Positions 42,527 to 50,583 of a stretch of DNA of 64,000 nucleotides are shown one piece after another. Source of the DNA: an uncultured Clostridium sp. (GTDB taxonomy: Bacteria; Bacillota; Clostridia; TANB77; CAG-508). The stretch is taken from positions 1,455-65,454 of the forward strand of contig USEM01000005.1 of NCBI GenBank assembly GCA_900553695.1, given 5' to 3'. Under the pieces are notes generated by a model. That model searched no databases, was not told where the DNA came from, and saw only the letters and a list, made by a program, of their open reading frames with translations. The translations under genes were made by a program, and so were the position numbers. How positions within the stretch are numbered: position 1 is the stretch's first letter; each line of letters opens with the position of its first letter.

Positions 42527-42961
42527 ATGAAAAAGACAGTACTAATTATTGCAATTCCAATTGTAATTATATTATTTTCAATATGTGGATTGTTTATAAC
42601 TCAAAAGACTACTATTAGAAACATAAAAAAGTATAATAGTCAGTATGAGTACTATATAAACAAAAGCATATATGGCACAGAATTAGTAACTCTTATAAAT
42701 AAGGTTATAAATGAAAATGAAATAAACAAAGTTGAAAAAGATGAAAAAGGATTTTTCATTGAAAATAATGAAAATAGTATTAAAATAAATATAAAAATGA
42801 ATACAAATGGTAAAACATACCAAATGGAAACCTTTTATAATAATGATATAACTAAGTTTGTAGAAAACTTTAATTTGGTTAAATTTAGATGTAATAAAAT
42901 TGAATATCACAAAAAATCAGGAAGAGTAAGTAAACTGTATTTTGAAGAAATTTTAGAGTAA
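42527..42961 (+). CDS. pilin-like/minor pilin paralogue with a different N-terminus (MKKTVLIIAIPIV)
   Basis: Shares YGTELVTLINKV and FRCNKIEYHKKSGRVSKLYFEEI blocks with the two preceding genes. Confidence 0.45.
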   Translation: MKKTVLIIAIPIVIILFSICGLFITQKTTIRNIKKYNSQYEYYINKSIYGTELVTLINKVINENEINKVEKDEKGFFIENNENSIKINIKMNTNGKTYQMETFYNNDITKFVENFNLVKFRCNKIEYHKKSGRVSKLYFEEILE

Positions 42962-43033
42962 CAAATGATATTAACTTTTAGAGCAAGAGCTCTAGAACCA
43001 AATAAATATTAGAATCAAATGGAGGTGAAATAT

Positions 43034-43411
43034 ATGGAGAATGCTTCAAAAGCTTTAATTATAGCTGGTGCTATTTTAATTTCTATATTATTAATTTCAG
43101 TTGGTGTTTTAATAATGAATTCAACAGGTGATACACAAAAATCAGTTGAAGATCAATCAAAGGCTATAGCGATAAGAACATTTAATGCTCAATTTACACC
43201 ATATGAGGGTAGTGATCAATCTGCAAGCCAAATAAGAGCTTTGAAATCAGCAGTACAATCAAGCAATGGAACAAATGTTGATCATCAAGTTGTTTTCGAA
43301 TTAGCAACTGGTGTTACAATTACATCTAAAGACAAATATAATGTTGAATTGACATATGGATCTGATAATAATAATAAAGGTTATGTTACAAAGGTAACTG
43401 TTAGCAAATAA
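43034..43411 (+). CDS. candidate major pilin (MENASKALIIAG N-terminus)
   Basis: GGAGGTG RBS then ATG at 43034. Smallest member (125 aa). Followed by a strong stem-loop. Confidence 0.55.
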   Translation: MENASKALIIAGAILISILLISVGVLIMNSTGDTQKSVEDQSKAIAIRTFNAQFTPYEGSDQSASQIRALKSAVQSSNGTNVDHQVVFELATGVTITSKDKYNVELTYGSDNNNKGYVTKVTVSK

Positions 43412-43427
43412 AAAAAGATAGTTTTTG

Positions 43428-43489
43428 GGATAAGTTAAAGCTTATCCTGAATCAAGTATATAGTATAGATGCTATATACTTGATTCAGG
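43428..43489 (+). promoter_or_regulatory. two overlapping stem-loops after the candidate major pilin gene (7-bp and perfect 18-bp stems)
   Basis: ggataag (43428-43434) pairs with cttatcc (43441-43447). cctgaatcaagtatatag (43446-43463) pairs with ctatatacttgattcagg (43472-43489). No T-run follows. Confidence 0.6.
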
Positions 43490-43511
43490 ACAAGAAAGAA
43501 GGAGGAAAAAA

Positions 43512-43982
43512 ATGGAGAATGCAACAGATGCATTAAAAATGGCTTTTGCAGTTTTTGTTTTTGTAATAGCACTATCAACAGTTTTTTCTCTTATGACTAA
43601 AACCAAGGAGGTTGCTGATACTGTTTTATGGTATTCAGATAAAACAAATTATTATGATTGGGCAGAAGAAAATACGGATAATGGTAGAACGGTTGGAGAA
43701 GATGTAGTAATTTCAGCCTTATATACAATTGTAGAAGAAAAGCTATATATACAAATTAAAGACGGAACTACAACAACAACATTTGCACCAAGTATATTAC
43801 CAGCAGAGGTAGAAAAAAGGCAAAAATATATTAATGATAACTTAAATTCAGGAAGCAATACTTATAAAGAAAGAGTCATGGAATTAACAACAGGAGGAGT
43901 ATTTAGAACAGCAGAAGATGGAACTAAAATAACAATTCAACCAGGAACAACAAAAGCATATGTAATTTTTGAAAAACAATAA
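43512..43982 (+). CDS. pilin-like protein (MENATDALKMAF N-terminus)
   Basis: Same leader motif and hydrophobic helix. 156 aa. Confidence 0.5.
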   Translation: MENATDALKMAFAVFVFVIALSTVFSLMTKTKEVADTVLWYSDKTNYYDWAEENTDNGRTVGEDVVISALYTIVEEKLYIQIKDGTTTTTFAPSILPAEVEKRQKYINDNLNSGSNTYKERVMELTTGGVFRTAEDGTKITIQPGTTKAYVIFEKQ

Positions 43983-44000
43983 TAACTAGGAGGAGATAAG

Positions 44001-44516
44001 ATGTCAGATACTTTTATTACAATAATGGTCGTAATGGTTGCTGTTGTTGCTTTATTCATTATTCCAGTAATGGCAACGGCCAATCAAAACGATAAAGTAA
44101 CACAAACTGCAGTACAAACAATAGTTGCAGAATTTGTAAATACCTCAGCAAAAGAAGGAAAAATAACAGAAGAAAATTATGATGAATTTATTCAAAACTT
44201 ATATGCAACAGGAAACTCTTATTCTATTGAACTTGAAGTACAAATTCTTGATGATAATCCTGCAAAAAAAGGACAAAACATAAATAAAATTGGAGAAAAT
44301 ATTTATTATTCAGAATTTAAAAACTCTGTGGAAAGTAAATTAGAAACAGATGGCGTTTATAAACTAAAACAGGGAGATTACATTAAAGCCAGAGTACAAA
44401 ATACTAATGTAACATTTGGAACACAATTTAAAAACTTTATTTATAGTATAGCTGGAAAAGATACAATAGCAATAGAAGCTAGTAGCTCTGCATTAGTTAC
44501 AACAACAGGAAAATAA
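44001..44516 (+). CDS. pilus-associated membrane-anchored protein (MSDT family, short)
   Basis: N-terminal TM MSDTFITIMVVMVAVVALFIIPV. Colinear with the first ~170 aa of the next gene (QTAVQTIVAEFV / QTVVQVAVSDFV, TFGTQFKN / TLGTQFKN). Confidence 0.5.
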   Translation: MSDTFITIMVVMVAVVALFIIPVMATANQNDKVTQTAVQTIVAEFVNTSAKEGKITEENYDEFIQNLYATGNSYSIELEVQILDDNPAKKGQNINKIGENIYYSEFKNSVESKLETDGVYKLKQGDYIKARVQNTNVTFGTQFKNFIYSIAGKDTIAIEASSSALVTTTGK

Positions 44517-44587
44517 AAAGTAAGTTTTAAAGGGCAGAACATTTAGTGTGACTGCCCTAATTTTAAAGATAACAGGAGGAAAGGCTT

Positions 44588-45997
44588 ATGTCTGATACAC
44601 TAATGGCTATTATTGGAATTTTTATAGCAGTTATACTAATGTTTATATTACCACTTTCAATAATGGCAAATAAAAATGATGAAATAGCACAAACTGTTGT
44701 GCAAGTTGCAGTTTCTGATTTTGTTGAAACAGTAACAAATCAGGGGAGAATAACTGAGTTTGACTATAATAAACTGGTTCAAAAAATAAGTGCAACAGGA
44801 AATGCTTATGATATACAAATAGAAGCACAAATAATAGATGATAACTCAAGAAGAGCAACATCTACAGCTGATAGTTCTCAAACAGGTGAGTATAAGTATT
44901 ATTCTGTTTATACAAATACAATAATGGATAAAATAAGAAATGACGGATTTTATGAGTTGAAAAAAGATGACTACGTAATTGTAAATGTAAAAAATATAAA
45001 TATAACATTAGGAACACAATTTAAAAACATGTTTTATAAACTAGTCGGAAAAGATACATATACAATAGGAACATCATCTTCTGGAATAGTAGTAAATTCA
45101 GATACTAATGTAGAAAAATCAGAAGCAATAACACCTAATAAACCAATAACAGCTGAAAAGGATGTTACAATAAAAGCAAAACAAAAGATAAAAGAATCAC
45201 AAGTAATATCTGGAAATTTAGATATTGTTGTTGTTTTGGATTGTGAAGATACAACAATGCCATATCATAATAACCATAATGATAGCATAGTTTTTATGAA
45301 TACATTAATTAATGCAGTAAAAGGAAAAGGAAATTTATCTTTTGTATTAACATGCTATCCCAATAAACTATATACAAACTTATCGGATGTAAGTTGGATA
45401 TATGATGCTCAGGAAAATACAAATTCTGAAAATTATAAGCAAGCTATGATTACTGCATTAAAGAATGTAAAGGATAAAACAGGTAATAGATGTATAGTTT
45501 TTCTATCATGGAATGCAGATGCAACACCAAGATTAAATGAAGCGGTAAATGTTATAGCATCAAATTCAAGCAGTTATGATATTTTTTGCACAACTCCTTG
45601 TTGTAATAATAAGAATCAAGGCTCTTTATGGGCATCAAAACTTCCTTCAGACAAATGGGGAGGAAATTTAGTAGGAACAGGTATTAACGGAAGATTCGAA
45701 TCGCTACTAAAAAAAACCGTTCTTGTTGATAAAGTAGTTGACCTACCAGAAAAAACAATTACTAGTAATGGTTTGAAAATAAAATTAGATAAATATGATG
45801 AGACTTATCCAGTAAATATTATTGTGGATAGCACTTCATATGAAGTAGGAAGAACACTACCATCATATGTGCTATATTTTGATACTGAAATAAATGCATA
45901 TGTAATAGATATTAAATTAGTTAAAGAAATTTTAAACATAACAGACTCTCTATGGGCAACTACAAATATACAAGTAGATTATGTACAAACAACATAA
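44588..45997 (+). CDS. pilus-associated membrane-anchored protein (MSDT family, long, with extra C-terminal domain)
   Basis: Paralogue of 44001-44516 plus about 300 aa. DIVVVLDCEDT resembles the first strand of a vWA domain but lacks a DxSxS MIDAS motif. Confidence 0.5.
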   Translation: MSDTLMAIIGIFIAVILMFILPLSIMANKNDEIAQTVVQVAVSDFVETVTNQGRITEFDYNKLVQKISATGNAYDIQIEAQIIDDNSRRATSTADSSQTGEYKYYSVYTNTIMDKIRNDGFYELKKDDYVIVNVKNINITLGTQFKNMFYKLVGKDTYTIGTSSSGIVVNSDTNVEKSEAITPNKPITAEKDVTIKAKQKIKESQVISGNLDIVVVLDCEDTTMPYHNNHNDSIVFMNTLINAVKGKGNLSFVLTCYPNKLYTNLSDVSWIYDAQENTNSENYKQAMITALKNVKDKTGNRCIVFLSWNADATPRLNEAVNVIASNSSSYDIFCTTPCCNNKNQGSLWASKLPSDKWGGNLVGTGINGRFESLLKKTVLVDKVVDLPEKTITSNGLKIKLDKYDETYPVNIIVDSTSYEVGRTLPSYVLYFDTEINAYVIDIKLVKEILNITDSLWATTNIQVDYVQTT

Positions 45998-46025
45998 TTA
46001 AAAGGCAAGAGAAAGGAATAAAAAT

Positions 46026-49000
46026 ATGAAACTACAAAATTTAGCAATAATATTTTTAGTTATAACAATACCCTTAATTGTAATTTTGTCATATTATTTG
46101 AACATGCAACAGCAAACATTAAAGTTGCAAGCAGAATACGATACAAAACTTGCGGAGGCAACAAAGGAAGGAATAAAGGCTTTCGAGGTAAATACAGTAG
46201 ATTGGTCAGAATGGGTAAGTGAAGTAAATAGCCAAGCAACAAGAAATAATGTACAAGCAGTAATAAATACGTTTATAACAAGTTTATCAAACAACCTACA
46301 TTTATCTGGAACAGCAAAGGAGTATATGTTAAATTACATACCAGCAATAGCCGTAACAATGTATGATGGATATTACATTTATGCTCCAACATATGTGCCA
46401 GTTACAGCTACAAATAGTAATGGTGTGCAAATGTTTTATGAATCTGGTACAGCTAATAAAATAACTCTATCAGATGCAGGAGAAATTTTATATGAAGCAG
46501 ATGTAGATAAAGGAATAACAGGGCAAACATATACATATACATACACAAATGAAGCAATGGAAACAGAAATTCAAACTTTTTCAAACTTAACAACAAATAT
46601 AAATGAAGCCAAAATGGAATACAGAAATATTCTAAATAACAAAATAGCATATGCAGCGAGGTATAGAGATACAGCAAATAAAAGTAGAACAAATGTTGTT
46701 GTTAATTACACTTTAGATAACAGAATATATGTATATGGAAAAGTAAATGGAGAAGTTGTAAATAAAGATGGATATTTAATTTATCTAGAAAGCAATATAC
46801 TACCAAGAGCTTATATACCCAATGCATATTTAAGTAATCCAAAGGATTCGCATATAATAGTTGATCATAAAATAACTGGTCTAGAATGTGACAATACAGA
46901 AATAGAGCCAGAAATACTAGAGGAACAGGTTTTATGCAAGGAAGATAGTCAATATGTAATTAAAACTTTTAAATATATATATGATATAACACACGAAAAA
47001 TTATATTATGATGAAATTGCAGATAATTTCTTTACAATAGATTCAACAACTAAAGAAAAAAATTTTATAAGTAATTCGAATAACATAAAAATAGGTTCAG
47101 AAGATTGCAGATATAAATCTGTTTCAATTCTATGGGGAGATTCAGATGGAACAACAGAATATAAAAAAGTATATCAAGCAATAAATGGAAAAGATAAAGG
47201 AAAATGGTGTATAAGTATTAAGCCAGAAAATGCTCAAACAGACAAACACAAAGAAACAATAGATACAGAAATAAAATCAGAAAAACTAAAAGACTTAGGG
47301 CTTGATGATATAAGATACAGTACAATATATAGAGATTTTAGTGCAATAAATTATTATGTAGAAGCATATGCTTTTACAAATTGGGTAAAACAAAACTTAG
47401 GAAATAGAAACCTAGAAATAGTACAAAAGAAATCTAACAATACTATAGAAAATCCAATAATACTTAGCTCTAATATATTTAAAATAAGTGCAACTAATGA
47501 TCCGGAAGATGAAACATCAGAAATAGTACAGCATAAAAAAGGAGTAATGAGAGATGCTGTAACAACAAACTTGAACTTGGCTATATCAAATTATAATGGT
47601 CCAGGAGAGACTATATATAAATTGCCAAAACTAACAGATAGTGACTGGGAACAGTTATTTAGCAATATTTCTTTAATAACATTCTTCCAAGGTGTGCCAA
47701 TAGGACTAAAAACATACAACAACTATGCAATAGCAACAAGTACAACAAATAGGGAATATGTAGACCCAGGAGAACTATATTTTAGTGGAGATGATATTAA
47801 CTATCATAGAGTAAATTGTGAAAAGTGTGGAAATGTAGTTTACACTGGTTATAGAAGTGTAGAATATGTACAAAAAGAGTTTTTAAATGGAACTGATAAT
47901 ATATATTATTATCAACATAATGATAATAAAAATGGAACATCAAGAACAGCATGTTACTATTGTGCAGTAAATAAATCAAATTACAAGCAAACATCAGATA
48001 AAAAAATAGCATATTTGCAGGAAAAATCATATAACGAAGCATTAGCAAGAGAGAGATACTATCAAAAGCAAACTTTAGATGGAAAAATAGGAATAACAAT
48101 ATTTTATCATCCAACATATGAAGTTGGAGGAGAAATAACAGCAATAAATGACATCCCAGAACCACAAGACGCCGAGATTGGTGTTGCTGCAGAAATTCAG
48201 GGTAAAAATCCTACACCAAATATAACTACAAATAATAAATTTATAAAGTATGTATTTGTTGGTTGGACTGATGTACCAAATTCTACTACTGTAAAATATC
48301 AAGCTGGGGAGATGGCGACTTTTTATGAGGATGTAGATCTTTATGCTGTTTGGAGAATTTCATTAAGTGAATTAGATTGGACAAGAGATTTTAAATGGGG
48401 AAAAGATACACCAAGTTATTGGGATGGTGGAGATCATGAAGTTTATGATGGAAGTATATCAAACATAAGAATAACTGAAGCTACAGAAGGTGCTAAAGTT
48501 GAAATGACAGGAAATAGTCAATTCGAAGGTAAAGGAGCAACTTGGGCAACATTTAAATCAGAATTTATATCAATACAAGAGTTTCAATTTACATACCATG
48601 TAAATAAGGGAGATAGCTTTAATGCAGTTGGATTTATGTTTAATGTTATTGATCAAGGTAGCTATTTGGAAGGATATATGTTTAGTATAAACTTTACAGG
48701 AAAACCAAAAGAAGAGGCAGGAGATACAGGATCAATATTTAAATTTAGATATAATAAAAATAGTAATACAAAAAATATAGAATCACTTACACGTGTTGGG
48801 TCAGCTTTCCACATAAATGTTTCCTCAAATAGGTATAGTACAACAAGTGGTAGTATGAGCATAAAAGTTCAGGAAAATGGATATTTAGTTACTGGTACAG
48901 AAATGACGGGTTCAAGCTTCATACCGGTAGATAATCCTCAACCAGATACATTTGGCTTCATGTCAGATCACTATTCACATGGTTGTGAGCAAATTGGTTA

Positions 49001-49046
49001 TTATAAAATAGACAATATAAAAATTATTGCAGTAAGAAACAAATAG
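46026..49046 (+). CDS. large (1006 aa) membrane-anchored pilus-associated/adhesin-like protein
   Basis: N-terminal TM. Internal CEKCG...CYYC cysteine pairs. A Listeria-Bacteroides-type repeat (FVGWTDVPNSTTVKYQAGEMATFYEDVDLYAVW). C-terminal beta-rich lectin-like region. Last gene of the cluster. Confidence 0.55.
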   Translation: MKLQNLAIIFLVITIPLIVILSYYLNMQQQTLKLQAEYDTKLAEATKEGIKAFEVNTVDWSEWVSEVNSQATRNNVQAVINTFITSLSNNLHLSGTAKEYMLNYIPAIAVTMYDGYYIYAPTYVPVTATNSNGVQMFYESGTANKITLSDAGEILYEADVDKGITGQTYTYTYTNEAMETEIQTFSNLTTNINEAKMEYRNILNNKIAYAARYRDTANKSRTNVVVNYTLDNRIYVYGKVNGEVVNKDGYLIYLESNILPRAYIPNAYLSNPKDSHIIVDHKITGLECDNTEIEPEILEEQVLCKEDSQYVIKTFKYIYDITHEKLYYDEIADNFFTIDSTTKEKNFISNSNNIKIGSEDCRYKSVSILWGDSDGTTEYKKVYQAINGKDKGKWCISIKPENAQTDKHKETIDTEIKSEKLKDLGLDDIRYSTIYRDFSAINYYVEAYAFTNWVKQNLGNRNLEIVQKKSNNTIENPIILSSNIFKISATNDPEDETSEIVQHKKGVMRDAVTTNLNLAISNYNGPGETIYKLPKLTDSDWEQLFSNISLITFFQGVPIGLKTYNNYAIATSTTNREYVDPGELYFSGDDINYHRVNCEKCGNVVYTGYRSVEYVQKEFLNGTDNIYYYQHNDNKNGTSRTACYYCAVNKSNYKQTSDKKIAYLQEKSYNEALARERYYQKQTLDGKIGITIFYHPTYEVGGEITAINDIPEPQDAEIGVAAEIQGKNPTPNITTNNKFIKYVFVGWTDVPNSTTVKYQAGEMATFYEDVDLYAVWRISLSELDWTRDFKWGKDTPSYWDGGDHEVYDGSISNIRITEATEGAKVEMTGNSQFEGKGATWATFKSEFISIQEFQFTYHVNKGDSFNAVGFMFNVIDQGSYLEGYMFSINFTGKPKEEAGDTGSIFKFRYNKNSNTKNIESLTRVGSAFHINVSSNRYSTTSGSMSIKVQENGYLVTGTEMTGSSFIPVDNPQPDTFGFMSDHYSHGCEQIGYYKIDNIKIIAVRNK

Positions 49047-49060
49047 TATAACAAACCGTT

Positions 49061-49095
49061 AAACTGGTTACCCTACTTATAGGGTGACCAGTTTT
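49061..49095 (+). terminator. terminator of the pilus cluster
   Basis: aaactggttaccct / agggtgaccagttt stem (one G-U pair) followed by T residues. Confidence 0.6.
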
Positions 49096-50288
49096 GAAAT
49101 TTTTAAAAAGAACTTTATTAATAATATTCCTCTTAATAACTTTAATATACACAGTAAACATATCCAACATACCAAAAAGAGTAATTCTGTTTGAAAACGA
49201 AAAATTATCTTTAGGTGAAATTCCAGGAGTTACACTAAAAAACACACAAAGCACAACAATAGAAACATCAACAAATAACCGGAAAAACTAACCAAACAAC
49301 AATAACAGTAAGTCTATTCAACTTAATAAAAGTAAAAGATGTTGATGTTACAACAGTTAAAGCAACAAAAGTTGTACCGCTAGGAAATATAATTGGACTA
49401 AAGCTATACTCAGATGGAGTTTTAGTAATTGGCATGACTGAAATAGAAGGCAAAAAACCATATGAAAACACAGGCATAAAAGAGGGAGACTTAATAATAG
49501 CTGTAGACAGCATAGCGGTAACAACAACAGAAGACCTAATAAACTGTGTAAATGCTTCCAATGGACAAGATATCAAGATAAAATATTTAAGAGATGAAAC
49601 AGAATATACTGCACAAATGGAGCCGGTAAAAACGAAGGAGAATAAATATAAGATAGGCTTATGGGTAAGAGATGGGGCTGTTGGTATTGGAACTGCAACA
49701 TATTACGAACCAGAAAGTGGCAAAATTGCAACACTTGGGCATGGAATAATAGATAGAGATACAGATAAGTTAATTACAATAGAACATGGAACTTTGCATG
49801 GAAGCACAGTTACCAAAATAAAAAAGGGTGAAGAAGGAACACCAGGCGAAATTAGGGGAATAATTGATGAGGATAAAAATATAGGCACAATAAACTTAAA
49901 CACAAAGTTTGGAATTTATGGAACTTTAAGTAGTTTAAATGAACTTGGTATAGATAAGCAAAATAGCCTAGAAGTGGCTTTAAAAAGCGAAATACAAACA
50001 GGTAAGGCAAATGTAATACTAAGCTTAGATGGTGGTCCAAGAAAAGAATATGAAATAGAAATTAAAAAAATATATAAAAACAACACAGAAGATAATAAAA
50101 GCATGTTAATAGAAATAACAGACCAGAACCTAATAGAAAAAACAGGTGGAATTATACAAGGAATGAGTGGAGCACCAATAATACAAAATGGTAAATTTAT
50201 AGGAGCAATAACGCATGTGCTAGTAAACAACCCACTTCAAGGGTATGCAGTATTTGGAGAAACTATGATAAAACAAATGAATAGGTAG
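49094..50288 (+). CDS. spoIVB: SpoIVB peptidase (S55) (joined across CGG 49280-49282)
   Basis: TTG start. N-terminal TM. Junction aat aac C gga aaa gives ...ETSTNN-G-KTNQTTITVSLFNLIKV.... PDZ region, then GMSGAPIIQNGKFIGAITHV catalytic-Ser region. Confidence 0.85.
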
Positions 50289-50310
50289 CTTTAAATTAAA
50301 AGCTACCTAT
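50281..50310. terminator. stem-loop after spoIVB
   Basis: ataggtagcttt / aaagctacctat 12-bp stem. Confidence 0.5.
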
Positions 50311-50317
50311 TTTAAAA

Positions 50318-50425
50318 CTATCTACAGTTGTTATTTGTTCTTTCGTTTTGATTGTTATTGTTTTCACTGTTTCTATTGCTATTTTTGTTCTTTTTGTTGT
50401 TTTTATTATTTTTATTCTCTGACAT
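50318..50425 (-). CDS. Asn/Lys-rich microprotein (35 aa; below the ORF-track cutoff)
   Basis: Strong AGGAGG RBS 8 nt before ATG at 50425. MSENKNNKNNKKNKNSNRNSENNNNQNERTNNNCR. Confidence 0.3.
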   Translation of the reverse strand: MSENKNNKNNKKNKNSNRNSENNNNQNERTNNNCR

Positions 50426-50583
50426 TGAAAAATACACCTCCTAGAAATTTATAATAATATTATTAACTACAAGTGGCAAAATATACATTACATTTGCATA
50501 AAAACAATAGGCGAATTATGTAAATAAAAGAAGGTGTAAAAAACTTTATGTCGAATAATATATAGTAGGAAAGGTGCTAAAAT

